A stretch of DNA of 64,000 nucleotides from Promethearchaeota archaeon (GCA_048938385.1 JBHLMG010000001.1:256001-320000), one strand, 5' to 3'; shown: positions 27,979-38,707, numbered from the stretch's first letter. The notes: a model not told the origin generated them from the letters alone. Numbers and translations are program-made.

Positions 27979-29496
27979 CTATGCAGGCGCGTTCAACTTC
28001 TTTCCTGGATGTGCGGTCTGCCACTTTTCCACAGGGATGGCAAATTCTTGTTCGATTTTTGATCGATGGAGGCTATTCATTGCACAGAACGGTACGATTC
28101 GTCCATCAGGGATTGCGTAGTGGATGCCACAGCGTTCTAGACGTTCAAGGTCAAAGTTGTAGGGGTCTTGGAAGTGCATAGACCCAATCATGATGATACG
28201 TTCCATGAATTCAGCCAACGAATCGTAGTCCTTCTTTCTCAAGAATTGGTTCGCTAGCTTAAAGAGTAATCCTCGCTTCTTGAAGAAACGCATTGCTCCG
28301 ATGATTCCACGAAGAGTGCCCCGTGTTTTGGCGCCCTTTTCGTAATCAATAGACATCTTTTCCAAGGTTCCCAAGAACGGTTCGACATCTACATACTTGG
28401 TGATAGGTTGGTATGAGCCATCTTCTTCAACGATGATAAAGGTGGCCATTCCACAGGCTGGATGGGTGGAAAATTCAACAGCCGGGGCCCCACCTCGTGC
28501 GCCGAGGGCGCGTGCAAGGGGGACGACGAACGGTACAGGATACCAATCAGAGGTTTTGATAATTCCATCTGTCTGTTCTTCAGCAAGCTTCATCAGATCG
28601 GGGATTGTAATTCGCATTTCTTGCCGCTTCTCATAGTCGATTCGTCCTGTAATGGAGACTGGTTGGAAGTTAATGCACCTGATGATATCATGGTTTTCAA
28701 CACCGAAGCGAATGATGTCGCCCACCTGTTCATGGTTGACTCCTCGAACTAGTGTGGGAACTAACACGATACTTCGAAGTCCTTCACTACGGCAATTCTC
28801 TAAGGCTTTCAGCTTCTGGGATAATAGGTTCACGCCACGAGCTGCAAGGTAGGGTTCTGGAGTTACGCCATCAAACTGCATGTAGACGGTGCTTAATCCT
28901 GCGTCGTAGAGCTTCTTTGGATAACCTTTCTGTGCCAATAATAGTCCATTTGAGGCAATTTCGACATGCGGGAAACCTGCCTCCTTAGCAGCTTTAATAA
29001 TCTCAGGCAAATCTGCCCGCATTGTAGGTTCACCACCTGCAAATTGGACTGCGGGTGCTGGGACAGGGCTGTTTGATCGGAGGTTAGCTAGCATTTCCTT
29101 GATTTCGTCAAGGCTGGGTTCATAGACATAACCTGCTTTGCCTGCATGAGCAAAACAAATGGGGCATTCAAGGTTGCACCGATTAGTAACATCAATTAAG
29201 GCGAGACAGGTGTGTGTTTTATGGTTTGGACAAAGGCCACAATCATTAGGGCACAAGTTAACCGTTTCTGTTCGTGGATTGTCGAGACCGAGCCCTTCAT
29301 AAGCAAAACCGAAGGCTCGGTGGAACTGCTCAGCACTTGACCAATAGACATCTTTGAACTCCCCATGATCTTTACATTCTTTTCGAATCATAACCTTGCC
29401 ATCTTCTTCATAGATTACCGCGTCAATAGTACGGAAACATTCTGGGCAAATTGATCGAGTAGTATACGGGAGCTCCTTGGGTTCCATTTTTTGCAT
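27979..29496 (-). CDS. tes: Tetraether lipid synthase (Tes/GDGT-MAS, radical SAM)
   Basis: N-terminal CPEC..KEC..HG, CPNDCGLC..H, CNLECPIC, MHFQDPYNFD..R..RC.IHY...PFC. Confidence 0.9.
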   Translation of the reverse strand: MQKMEPKELPYTTRSICPECFRTIDAVIYEEDGKVMIRKECKDHGEFKDVYWSSAEQFHRAFGFAYEGLGLDNPRTETVNLCPNDCGLCPNHKTHTCLALIDVTNRCNLECPICFAHAGKAGYVYEPSLDEIKEMLANLRSNSPVPAPAVQFAGGEPTMRADLPEIIKAAKEAGFPHVEIASNGLLLAQKGYPKKLYDAGLSTVYMQFDGVTPEPYLAARGVNLLSQKLKALENCRSEGLRSIVLVPTLVRGVNHEQVGDIIRFGVENHDIIRCINFQPVSITGRIDYEKRQEMRITIPDLMKLAEEQTDGIIKTSDWYPVPFVVPLARALGARGGAPAVEFSTHPACGMATFIIVEEDGSYQPITKYVDVEPFLGTLEKMSIDYEKGAKTRGTLRGIIGAMRFFKKRGLLFKLANQFLRKKDYDSLAEFMERIIMIGSMHFQDPYNFDLERLERCGIHYAIPDGRIVPFCAMNSLHRSKIEQEFAIPVEKWQTAHPGKKLNAPA

Positions 29497-29519
29497 TTTC
29501 TATGAACACTCCGTTATGG

Positions 29520-29539
29520 TTACCACTCTCGAGTGGTAA
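29520..29539. promoter_or_regulatory. Inverted repeat TTACCACTC-TC-GAGTGGTAA just upstream of tes
   Basis: Perfect 9-bp arms between the tes SD and its putative TATA box. Confidence 0.55.
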
Positions 29540-29657
29540 GTTTGTATTGCTTGAGGACTGTGGTTCTTAAAAGACTTTTCCGAAAACTCCGAGTAGGAAT
29601 CCGTTAGTTACGCGTTCAGAGAAAGCGTTATAATAATACTTGGGTATATATCAGCGT

Positions 29658-29855
29658 ATGTCCCGGGTAATACGCTTGCATTTGGTCTCTGTGAAGCTCC
29701 CTAAAGCCTATGTGAAAGGCTTAGACACACTGGTAGAACGCGGAACATACCCAACGCGAAGCGAGGCAATCCGAGTGGCTATCCGCGACCTCCTCAAACG
29801 CGAGCTATGGATTTCAGGCTCGCCTCTTACCATGCCAAAGACGCCATCGGACTAG
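29658..29855 (+). CDS. Ribbon-helix-helix (CopG family) regulator
   Basis: VSVKLP...LDTLVERG.YPTRSEAIRVAIRDLL. Confidence 0.9.
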   Translation: MSRVIRLHLVSVKLPKAYVKGLDTLVERGTYPTRSEAIRVAIRDLLKRELWISGSPLTMPKTPSD

Positions 29856-29866
29856 TTCGTCAAACT

Positions 29867-30958
29867 TCAACGCTCACGAGTTCCCTCAATGAACTCTTCA
29901 ACATACTTTTTTGCTATCGAATCTTCAATCTGTTCTGGAGGGTGTTTAAACGAATAGGCTGAGATGCTCAGAAGAGGCCCACTGACGCCTCGATCTAAGG
30001 CAATTTTCGTCGCCCGAATCACATCAGCCACAACTCCAGCGCTGTTCGGTGAATCCTCGACGGATAGCTTCAGGCTTATCTGTAGTGGCATATTACCCCA
30101 TTTGCGCCCATGGGCGTGAATGTAACAAATCTTTGTGTCATTGAGGAAAGGGACATAATCGCTGGGACCAATTCGGGTAGGAACAGGGTAGTCCAAGATA
30201 CTCGTCACAGCTTCAGTCTTGCTGATGCGCTTACTCTTGAGGCGGTGTTCTGCCAGCATGTTTTCAAAGTCAGTGTTGCCTCCGATATTGAGTTGGTAGG
30301 TTTCGTCGATCTCGATGCCACGGTCGGAGAGTAGTTGAGCGATCACGCGGTGTAGAATCGTTGCACCCACTTGGCTTTTGATGTCGTCACCGGCCATTGG
30401 CAGTCCGGCATCGTGAAATTTGGCTTGCCACTTGGCGTCAGAGACAATGAACTCAGGGATACAATTGATGAAAGCGCAGCCTGCATCGAGCGCGGCTTGA
30501 GCGTAATGGCGCGAAGCTTCGGCACTCCCGACGGGCAGAAAATTGACTAATATTTCGGCACCCGCTTTTCGCAGCTCTTCTGCAACATCCACGGGTTCAA
30601 TTTCCTTCGAATCATATACATCAAAGGAACTCTGCATGTGTTCGGCCACGCCGTCTAATATGGGTCCAGGCAAGACTTTCACATCTAGCTTGGGGGTATC
30701 AGCGAATTTGATGACGCAGTTGGGGCGTACAAAAATGGCTTCACTCACATCTTTTCCAATTTTACCTGCGTTTATCTCGAATACTGCAACAAATTGGATA
30801 TCGCGGGGTAAGTATCCGCCAAAAGAAGGGTGCATAAGTCCTGTAACTCGGTCCTCCTTCCCTGTAACATTCGCGTAATAATGGACGCCTTGAACCAAAC
30901 TTGAAGCGCAATTTCCAAGGCCGGCAATAGCGACTTTGATCGGTCCCATAATCATCAC
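29867..30958 (-). CDS. ino1: Myo-inositol-1-phosphate synthase
   Basis: GLGNCASSLVQG, GDDIKSQVGAT, GGNTDF, DSPNSAG. Confidence 0.95.
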   Translation of the reverse strand: MMIMGPIKVAIAGLGNCASSLVQGVHYYANVTGKEDRVTGLMHPSFGGYLPRDIQFVAVFEINAGKIGKDVSEAIFVRPNCVIKFADTPKLDVKVLPGPILDGVAEHMQSSFDVYDSKEIEPVDVAEELRKAGAEILVNFLPVGSAEASRHYAQAALDAGCAFINCIPEFIVSDAKWQAKFHDAGLPMAGDDIKSQVGATILHRVIAQLLSDRGIEIDETYQLNIGGNTDFENMLAEHRLKSKRISKTEAVTSILDYPVPTRIGPSDYVPFLNDTKICYIHAHGRKWGNMPLQISLKLSVEDSPNSAGVVADVIRATKIALDRGVSGPLLSISAYSFKHPPEQIEDSIAKKYVEEFIEGTRER

Positions 30959-31103
30959 CTAAATAGGATAGTTTATGATGATAAGGTATTCATGGCGTTT
31001 AAGCCGCAAACACAATTTAAGCATTTCTCCTTTCTTCCCGAAAAACCGATGTCGAGACAGCAAATTAAAATCGGTGTTTTCTCTTTAACACGAACGAGAA
31101 GCC

Positions 31104-32252
31104 ATGTCATCACTTAATGCTCGACTAAAACTCTCCAGTATTCTCCTTCCCGTACTGGTTGCAATCGGTATGATTGCATACTTCGTTGCGTTAAACCTCA
31201 CCCTTACTCTTGTGAGCCTTCCGCTGCCCCAATCTTCAGCGGTTCGCTACTTCATCATACCCGTCGTTTTTGCCTTTCCTTGGATTCTGTTCGTCTATAT
31301 TTTCCGTGAACGAACAATAAATGCTTCAGAGATAATGAACGCAAAGGGAAACCTGATCCCGCTCCGATGGCGCATGCTCTATGGCTTCAACACATTCATT
31401 ATTTTGGGGCTATTCATTTTTCCCTTCATTTCACCGCCAATGGCTATTTTTGCTGCCTTAGTGTTGGCCTATCGTTTGGTTCACCGCTCAGAGGGTATTT
31501 GGAACAAATCTTCCGGTACGCGGACAGGTTATACCCTGATTCTCTTCCTTCTCCTCGCAGCAGTTCCTGTGTACCTGAGTGTAATATGGTTCCAGTATTT
31601 CTTGACCTCGGTAGTTGGAGTGATCTTCACTACATGGATTACCTACTTTGATTTAATGTACTTTACCTCGTTGTGCATCGCTAACGCGCTCTCTGTGGGC
31701 GCTCTCCTTGCCTTATCCTATGGCACCTTGGATGACCGAGGGAAACTTCGCTATGAAGATACTAAGAAAATGTGGATGATCTATTTCGGTCAGTTAGTCC
31801 TTATCGCCCTTCAATGGATCTTACTAAACCCTTGGATTAATTTTGGATTCACCTTTTCCAGCCCAGACCTCTTCGGGTTTGCAGGAACCTTCGGTAATAT
31901 CACCTACATCAACTACATTTGTCTTGGTATCTTCGGAATCGTGTATCTAGTCAAGTTATTTGTCGGTCTTGGTAAAGGCATGAAGCTATCAATAATTGGC
32001 ATTCTTTTTGCCGCTGCTTTTCTCCTAGTCGAGGTTCTAGCCAGTTTCATAGCCCTTCCAGGGACTCTCCTTAGACCCGTTCTTATCGTGGGTTCTAGCT
32101 TACTCTTCGTTCTCGCCTTCTCAATAAGCTTTTTCGCTGCTCCCGATGAACTCGTTGACTTTGAAACCCTCCAAGAAGAAGAAATTGATCCCTTAGAAAA
32201 ACAAGCACGTGAGGAAGTAAAAGCGGCCGCGGTTGAAGACGAAGAGCCCTAA
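31104..32252 (+). CDS. Polytopic membrane protein with an acidic C-tail
   Basis: About 9 hydrophobic segments. Confidence 0.75.
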   Translation: MSSLNARLKLSSILLPVLVAIGMIAYFVALNLTLTLVSLPLPQSSAVRYFIIPVVFAFPWILFVYIFRERTINASEIMNAKGNLIPLRWRMLYGFNTFIILGLFIFPFISPPMAIFAALVLAYRLVHRSEGIWNKSSGTRTGYTLILFLLLAAVPVYLSVIWFQYFLTSVVGVIFTTWITYFDLMYFTSLCIANALSVGALLALSYGTLDDRGKLRYEDTKKMWMIYFGQLVLIALQWILLNPWINFGFTFSSPDLFGFAGTFGNITYINYICLGIFGIVYLVKLFVGLGKGMKLSIIGILFAAAFLLVEVLASFIALPGTLLRPVLIVGSSLLFVLAFSISFFAAPDELVDFETLQEEEIDPLEKQAREEVKAAAVEDEEP

Positions 32253-32266
32253 AACCTAGAATTTGG

Positions 32267-32698
32267 TCAAAGGTTGTTAAGGAACTCAGGGGCTTCTGCC
32301 AGTTCGATGAGCGGAATATAGACCCAGGCTCTCTCTAATGTTCCACGGGCATATTCCCAACATTCCTCTGGGTCCGCTTTATAGCGAATGAATGGACCCC
32401 GTGGGGCTTCATCTATTTCTGTATACAAGAATAGCGGTAATCCCTCTAGATTGTAGTACCCTGGAACACTCGTGATAGTTCCCATGATGTGCTTTTTCCC
32501 GTGTTTAAAATGTAATATTGATGCTGTTCGCTCTCGCATAGTCCAAAACTGTACAAGTCGAATTAGATTGTCCAAGTCCTTAATTTTCATAAGCACAGCG
32601 GGTCGAAGTTTAATATCATTCACAGGAATCAACTGTGCGCCATACTCTCGTACTGAAGAAAAAGGCTTTGCTTGACTTAAAAAACTTGATACCAGCAT
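32267..32698 (-). CDS. Hypothetical protein (start uncertain)
   Basis: Globular-looking ORF filling the gap between neighbours. Confidence 0.6.
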   Translation of the reverse strand: MLVSSFLSQAKPFSSVREYGAQLIPVNDIKLRPAVLMKIKDLDNLIRLVQFWTMRERTASILHFKHGKKHIMGTITSVPGYYNLEGLPLFLYTEIDEAPRGPFIRYKADPEECWEYARGTLERAWVYIPLIELAEAPEFLNNL

Positions 32699-32731
32699 TT
32701 TTAGGGAACTTTGTGAAGGGGCTAATCTACT

Positions 32732-33511
32732 ATGAATTTTCGAGTTGCTTGCGCACAAATGGATATTGCTCTCGGTAATAAGGAGGCAAATTTGGAAACT
32801 GCAGTCAAGATGGTAAAAGAAGCGGCCTCGCGTCAGGTCGATCTCATTATCTTACCTGAACTTTTCCAAACGGGGTACTGCCTTGACAAGGCAGATTTGC
32901 TAGCTGAGCCTCCAAATGGTCACTCTGTAGAATTGCTTCGAGATCTAGCAGGTCGATTCCGAATTTTCATCATCGCCGGGAGTATTTTGGAAAAAAGAAA
33001 ACAGGGCATCTTCAACACAGCGCATGTGATTGGCAAAGATGGTAAGTTATTGGGGTTTTATGATAAGATTCATCTCTTTCCTCCCTTTGACGAAGACCAA
33101 TACTTGATGGCTGGGCGCGACACGCCGCTTTTCAAAACCGCATTGGGCCTATTTGGGGTCGTGATCTGTTTTGACATACGATTTCCCGAGCTAACGCGTA
33201 GGCTTGCCCTTAATGGTGCTCAAGTTATTTTTTGTCCTGCGGAATTTCCGGCTGAGCGTATTACGGTGTGGGCGACTTTATTGCGAGCAAGGGCGATTGA
33301 GAATCAAGTATTTGTTGTAGGTTGCAATCGTGTGGGAAGTGATGGGAAAAACCTATTTGGCGGGCGCAGTGCAATTATTCACCCAGATGGACAAGCTCTT
33401 GCTCAGGCTACTGATTCAACCCAATTAATCGATGCGATAATCGATTTAGGCGAGGTTGAAAAGGTTCGAAAACCACTCCCATTGTTGAAGTACCGGCGAG
33501 AAGATTACTAA
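32732..33511 (+). CDS. Carbon-nitrogen hydrolase (nitrilase/omega-amidase family)
   Basis: LPE, YDKIHLF, ICFDIRFPE, RAIENQ (E-K-C triad). Confidence 0.93.
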   Translation: MNFRVACAQMDIALGNKEANLETAVKMVKEAASRQVDLIILPELFQTGYCLDKADLLAEPPNGHSVELLRDLAGRFRIFIIAGSILEKRKQGIFNTAHVIGKDGKLLGFYDKIHLFPPFDEDQYLMAGRDTPLFKTALGLFGVVICFDIRFPELTRRLALNGAQVIFCPAEFPAERITVWATLLRARAIENQVFVVGCNRVGSDGKNLFGGRSAIIHPDGQALAQATDSTQLIDAIIDLGEVEKVRKPLPLLKYRREDY

Positions 33512-33615
33512 GGAGTGTGATAAGTCAGCGTGTCAACGACTAATAGATCAAAGGCTACGACTGACTATATCCTCTCTGTGGTGATAAAATACCGATCTTA
33601 ACTGGTTGAGGGATT

Positions 33616-34404
33616 TTAGCCGAGTTCGGAGTATCGTTTCAAATACTTCTCACGAAGGCGTTGGTAAGTGGCTTCGTCAACGCCTCCTCCTCGCTTTCGT
33701 TGTTCTAATCGAGCAAGTAACTCTTCAATAGCTTGGCGTTCAGATGAGGCTTCTTCTCCCGAAAGGGGTGAATTCTTTAAGATCTCAGGGTCAGAGACCG
33801 TTAGATTCATCTCAGGAGGAGCTGAAACCTCAGCAGTAGCAGAAGGACTAGTTACACCATTTTGTTCAAGCTGTTCTTCTAATTTTGCCATCTCCATTTC
33901 GAGAGCGTCTAATTGCTCTTGGACATCCGAGTCTATTTCTTCGGATTGTTCGGATGGGGCTCGACTGGAACGAAGGAATCGTGCACTTGAAAGCTCCGTC
34001 TCGGAAGAACTTGTAGTTTGTGAGCTGGTTTCAGCTGTTCGTGCAGCTGTCCTCAATGCTTGGTTGGGTTCGACGACTATGGTTTCCAGTTGTGCTGCAC
34101 GTTTGTCTCGTCGAATGCGTGGTTGAGCGCGAGTTCGTGTAAGTGGTTCTCCTGAACCAGAACGAGCTCCGTTGGGTATTCGGCGTCTTGGTTCTTGTGG
34201 AGTCGTAGTATCTCTTCGACGGTCTAAAAGACAGGTAGCTCCAATAATGGGAAGAAAGGCAATAATGAGGACATTAAGAAGACCAATAGCTCCAGGAAAT
34301 AGACTGTCTAAAAAGAGGCCTTGAAAGAGCGCAAAGTCAACTATCATCGAAACTGCAAAAATTACCCAGATTCCAATGATAACCGATGACCGTTTGCTGG
34401 GCAT
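33616..34404 (-). CDS. Two-TM protein with disordered linker, coiled coils and a SHOCT-like C-terminus
   Basis: N-terminal TMs; 'QEQLDALEMEMAKLEEQL'; 'GGVDEATYQRLREKY'. Confidence 0.7.
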   Translation of the reverse strand: MPSKRSSVIIGIWVIFAVSMIVDFALFQGLFLDSLFPGAIGLLNVLIIAFLPIIGATCLLDRRRDTTTPQEPRRRIPNGARSGSGEPLTRTRAQPRIRRDKRAAQLETIVVEPNQALRTAARTAETSSQTTSSSETELSSARFLRSSRAPSEQSEEIDSDVQEQLDALEMEMAKLEEQLEQNGVTSPSATAEVSAPPEMNLTVSDPEILKNSPLSGEEASSERQAIEELLARLEQRKRGGGVDEATYQRLREKYLKRYSELG

Positions 34405-34713
34405 ACTGTGATAATCACCTATGTGAAACTCTTATGTTCCCCGCATGGATGGTGCTTTGCGTCTCCTTTTTGCTTTCTCCATCCTCGCTATATACTTGTC
34501 GCGCTAAACCTCAAATCGTAGTTTTAAAATTGCGCCTTTCGCAAGTGCAATTATTAAGGTAGGCAGGCGTACTGTTCGACACTCGCGTTTTTGGCCCATT
34601 CCAATGGCGAAACTTAAAAACTTGTGTATATTTTCCCTATTTTCTAAAGGCTCATACCAATAAACACACATTTAAAGACATTTTCTAGCAGGTTGCTCGC
34701 GTGGTGTCCAAGC

Positions 34714-35736
34714 ATGCCAAGTTTTCGTGCAGGAAAAATTCCTCAAAAAGTTCTGGAAGAAAAGGTCTTCCCCTTTCTTGGCGCTCAAGATCCTGATGTA
34801 ATTCATGGTCCTGGGATTGGTCGAGATGCTGCAGTTATTCGTGTGGGTCGACAAGTAATTGCTGCAACCACAGATCCAATTACTGGGGCTTTTCAAAACA
34901 TTGGCGCCTATGTTCTTCATATCTGTGCGAACGACATTGCCACCTTTGGTATTTCTCCTCGGTGGTTCCTAGCGACCATTTTACTTCCCGAAAATGGCGA
35001 CCTGAAACTCCTTGAAGAAATTATGACATCTATGCATCAAGCTGCTGAAAGCTTAAACATCGCTATCATAGGGGGCCACACCGAAGTTACAACTGGGTTG
35101 TCGCGCCCCATTATCGTCGGGTTTATGCTTGGAACAGCAAACGAAGGGGAATTTGTGACCTCCTGCAACGCTCACCCTGGTAATATTCTTATTCTTACTA
35201 AAGGAGTGGCAATCGAAGGAACTGCAATCCTAGCAACAGATCGTGCAGAGGAACTTGGTAGAGTGATCGATTGGCAAGTGATTCAGGATGGGCAACAACT
35301 CCTCCATCAACTGAGTGTTGTACCAGAGGCCTTAAAGGCAATCTCTACAGGAGGCGTGACGGCTATGCACGATCCCACAGAAGGCGGAATCGCAAATGGG
35401 CTTCATGAATTAGCTGATGCTTCAGGTCTTGGCTTTATTGTTAACCGTAAGGCGTTAATTATTCCTCATGCCACACAAAAGATCTGCAAGCAGTTGGACA
35501 TTAACCCACTTAACTTGATTGCTAGTGGCGCCATGCTCATTGCAACGAAAGCTAACAAAGCTAAAGAAGTTCTCGAGGTTTTAGAAAAGGCAGGTATCGT
35601 TGCATCAGTCATTGGGCGTTTAGTTGAAGATCCTCATACCAGAATTATTGTTGAACTTGATGGGTCAGAAAAACCTCTTTCAAGACCTGCAGAGGATGCT
35701 CTATGGGATGCCCTCTCAAAGCCGGTTAAGAAATAA
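34714..35736 (+). CDS. AIR synthase-related (HypE/PurM-like) protein
   Basis: GRDAAV, TDPITGA, ANDIA, GGHTE, MHDPTEGG. Confidence 0.88.
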   Translation: MPSFRAGKIPQKVLEEKVFPFLGAQDPDVIHGPGIGRDAAVIRVGRQVIAATTDPITGAFQNIGAYVLHICANDIATFGISPRWFLATILLPENGDLKLLEEIMTSMHQAAESLNIAIIGGHTEVTTGLSRPIIVGFMLGTANEGEFVTSCNAHPGNILILTKGVAIEGTAILATDRAEELGRVIDWQVIQDGQQLLHQLSVVPEALKAISTGGVTAMHDPTEGGIANGLHELADASGLGFIVNRKALIIPHATQKICKQLDINPLNLIASGAMLIATKANKAKEVLEVLEKAGIVASVIGRLVEDPHTRIIVELDGSEKPLSRPAEDALWDALSKPVKK

Positions 35737-35740
35737 TGTA

Positions 35741-37006
35741 TTAGGCTTTTTCAAGGGACTCAAGAATCATATCTAACAATTGATGTGCGGCTTTGGTCTT
35801 GGTCGTCTTGGCAATTTTAACAACTTTTTTCGAAGGATGAACTACGAACAACTCGTTTGTGTGTGTACCAAATCCGACACCTGGTCGACTGACATCATTG
35901 GCAACGATCAGATCGGCTTTTGCTGAAATAAGACGCTCGTGGGCTCTGCTTACTAGTTCGTTATCGGTTACCCCATGTTCGGCTTTGAATAGAACAAGGT
36001 AAACATCCTTTTGAATGGTTTTAACAGCATCAACTATCTTTGGTGTAGGACTAAACTCCACTGAAAGTGTTTTAGTCTTTGCTGTCGGAATTTTCTCCTT
36101 CTTTGGCGTTTTTGGTGTCCAATCAGCTACTGCTGCAGCAGCAATGACAACATCAAAGGGCTTAGACTTTAATCCTGCTTTAACGGCATCAAGCATTTGT
36201 TGAGTGGTTTCAACCGGTACTACTTTAACACCCTCGGGTGGAACAACCGATCCACGACCATACACCAGTGTTACTTTGGCTCCACGTTCAAAAGCTGCTC
36301 TTGCTAGCTCGACGCCCATTATTCCTGAACTCTTGCTCGTTACTATTCGCACAGGATCAAGGTATTCAATTGTAGGACCGGCAGTAACAAGAATGCGCCT
36401 TTTAGCGTAATCGTGTTTTACACCCAACTTCTGTAGAACGGCATTCAGCACTTCTGCTGGTGTGGCAATCTTGGCTTTTCCTTCCTCTATTCGCGGTCCA
36501 ATGAAATTAACTCCTAGTTTTTCTAATTTGCGAATATTTTCCTCAAGGATTGGATGTTTAAACATGGAAGCATGCATAGCAGGAACAATCATAATTGGGA
36601 TTCCTGAGCCGAATGCAGTGGTTACTGTCGATGTTACTGGGGTATCATCAATACCCATAGCAATCTTGGATATTGTATTTGCTGTGGCAGGGGCTATTAG
36701 GATGAGATCGGCTTTGCCTTCATGTTCTCCTGCCAAAGCCACATGTTCAATCTTCCCTGTTAAAGTGGTAATTACTTCGTTACCTGTCGCCCATTCCATT
36801 AGAAACGGGTGTATAATCATCTGTGCCCATTCAGAAAAGATTGTAACTACCTCGGCTCCATGGCGCATTAACAATCGAGCAATCTCTGGACTTTGAACAG
36901 CTGCTACGCTGCCCGTGACGCACAAAACGATGAATTTCCCTCGCAATTCTGTGCCCTGGGACTCAACAATATCCTTTGATGGGTGTTCTCTTAGACGCAA
37001 TTTCAT
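35741..37006 (-). CDS. coaBC: Phosphopantothenoylcysteine decarboxylase/ligase
   Basis: VTGSVAA, APATANT, PAMH, TAGPT.E.LDPVR, AAVADW. Confidence 0.96.
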   Translation of the reverse strand: MKLRLREHPSKDIVESQGTELRGKFIVLCVTGSVAAVQSPEIARLLMRHGAEVVTIFSEWAQMIIHPFLMEWATGNEVITTLTGKIEHVALAGEHEGKADLILIAPATANTISKIAMGIDDTPVTSTVTTAFGSGIPIMIVPAMHASMFKHPILEENIRKLEKLGVNFIGPRIEEGKAKIATPAEVLNAVLQKLGVKHDYAKRRILVTAGPTIEYLDPVRIVTSKSSGIMGVELARAAFERGAKVTLVYGRGSVVPPEGVKVVPVETTQQMLDAVKAGLKSKPFDVVIAAAAVADWTPKTPKKEKIPTAKTKTLSVEFSPTPKIVDAVKTIQKDVYLVLFKAEHGVTDNELVSRAHERLISAKADLIVANDVSRPGVGFGTHTNELFVVHPSKKVVKIAKTTKTKAAHQLLDMILESLEKA

Positions 37007-37046
37007 CCTCTCTCAGTGACCATCTTCCCTACTCTATGATCTACTC

Positions 37047-37817
37047 TTAATGATAGGTGTGCTTCTTATCTGGATACTCTCCTTTTATCACTTCATCAAT
37101 GTAGCCCTTAACCGCTTCTCTGATTATATCGGATAATTGCACATATTGTTTAACGAACTTTGGCAAGTGTTCATTATTACTTAATCCTAAAAGTTCAGTA
37201 ATGACAAGAACCTGTCCATCACAATACCTTCCTGCCCCAATTCCGATAGTAGGGGGTTTCACATCTTGGGAAATTTTACGGGCAAGCCATTCAGGAATAC
37301 ATTCCAATACTATAGCAAAAACTCCAAGTTGGTCCAATGCCAACGCATCACGCCATATCTGATCGGCTTGTTGGGGCGTCTTTCCTTGAACACGATACTC
37401 TTCTGCAAATTGAGGCAACAGACCGACATGGCCCATGACAGGAATCGCTTCCTCGCGTAACTTATTGATGATATCAGTTTGTTTTCCTTCTATTTTGACC
37501 GCATTTGCACCGGCGTCAAGAAATTGCCGTGCATTGGCTAATGCCTGTTCTGGTTTCTCATAGCTATGAATGGGCATGTCTGCCACGATAGGTGTCTTTT
37601 TGACTCCTTTGGCAACTACTCGAGTGTGATAGAGCATCGCTTCCATTGTTACATGTTTGGTATTCGAATGCCCCTGAAAGGCCATACCGAGGCTATCGCC
37701 CACTAAAATCAAATCGATTTGAGCCTCTTCTAAAATTCTAGCTATTTGACAATCATAAGCCGTGAGCATGGTAATTTTTCGCTTACCCTTAAGATTTCGG
37801 ATTTCTTCAACACTCAT
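37047..37817 (-). CDS. panB: Ketopantoate hydroxymethyltransferase
   Basis: MLTAYD, LVGDSLGM, GHVGL.PQ, GIGAG..CDGQVLV. Confidence 0.96.
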   Translation of the reverse strand: MSVEEIRNLKGKRKITMLTAYDCQIARILEEAQIDLILVGDSLGMAFQGHSNTKHVTMEAMLYHTRVVAKGVKKTPIVADMPIHSYEKPEQALANARQFLDAGANAVKIEGKQTDIINKLREEAIPVMGHVGLLPQFAEEYRVQGKTPQQADQIWRDALALDQLGVFAIVLECIPEWLARKISQDVKPPTIGIGAGRYCDGQVLVITELLGLSNNEHLPKFVKQYVQLSDIIREAVKGYIDEVIKGEYPDKKHTYH

Positions 37818-38707
37818 GAACGACGACTCTCCATGAAACGCACTATATGGGTTAGGCTTGCGTTAACAGGTGTAGGAATATCGTGAGCTTCACCTAGTTC
37901 CATAATCTTTCCATTCAAGGAATTAATTTCAGTTTTTCGACCCTGTTGAATATCTTGTAGCATGGATGTTAGGTTTTTATAACGAGGTAGTTGTTGTTCC
38001 ATCAACTGTAGTATGCCTTTATCTAAATCCACTCCTTCTGCCGCTCCTACCTGAATGCATTCTTCTGCGATGGCGTGCCAGAGTGGTATCAAATGAGGTG
38101 AGATAAGTTCACAAGTTGGTACTCGAAGTATCGCAGAGAGTGGGTTAGTTATACAATTAATCATCATTTTTCTCCATAAATCGTTCTGAAACTCTTCGGA
38201 TACTAGCACATCTAAATTACTTGTTCTGAAAATTTGTGCCACTTGCTGAGAAATTGAATCATTATCAAGGATAGTTACATTCCAGCTAACCTGAACTTGT
38301 CCTGGTTTCTGTACCTCTGCGCCAATCCCGACAATTCCTCGAAGGACCTTGCCTTTACCCTGGGTAGCGTGTTTCGCTATCTCTTCTATTCCCAATCCAT
38401 TTTGAAGTAATAAAATCACAGTGTCTTTGCGTATGAGCGAACTAATAGTCGCTAGCGATTCATGTAAATCGAAGGTTTTCACGCAGACGATGAGGAGTGT
38501 ATTGGGAGAGATTTCTGTAATCTTGGTTGATGTGAGAGGTGAATATGAACCAGTACGATCTCCTACTAGTTTCAATCCATGGTCGCGTATGGCGCTCATA
38601 TGCGAGGCGCGACCGATGAGGGTGACTTGGTTCTGCCTTGAGAGCAATGCGCCATATACTGATCCAATAGATCCTGCTCCGAGGATATAGATGGAGTTGA
38701 AACTCAT
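37814..38707 (-). CDS. panE: Ketopantoate reductase
   Basis: GAGSIG, LQNG, W.K...N...N, SMLQD...GRKTE...NG. Confidence 0.94.
   Translation of the reverse strand: MSFNSIYILGAGSIGSVYGALLSRQNQVTLIGRASHMSAIRDHGLKLVGDRTGSYSPLTSTKITEISPNTLLIVCVKTFDLHESLATISSLIRKDTVILLLQNGLGIEEIAKHATQGKGKVLRGIVGIGAEVQKPGQVQVSWNVTILDNDSISQQVAQIFRTSNLDVLVSEEFQNDLWRKMMINCITNPLSAILRVPTCELISPHLIPLWHAIAEECIQVGAAEGVDLDKGILQLMEQQLPRYKNLTSMLQDIQQGRKTEINSLNGKIMELGEAHDIPTPVNASLTHIVRFMESRRS

Noticed and set aside
34440-34560. Hairpins (GGATGG/CCATCC; AATTGCGC/GTGCAATT) in a 290-bp intergenic gap
   Set aside because: Short stems without a clear promoter-terminator frame; cannot support an ncRNA call
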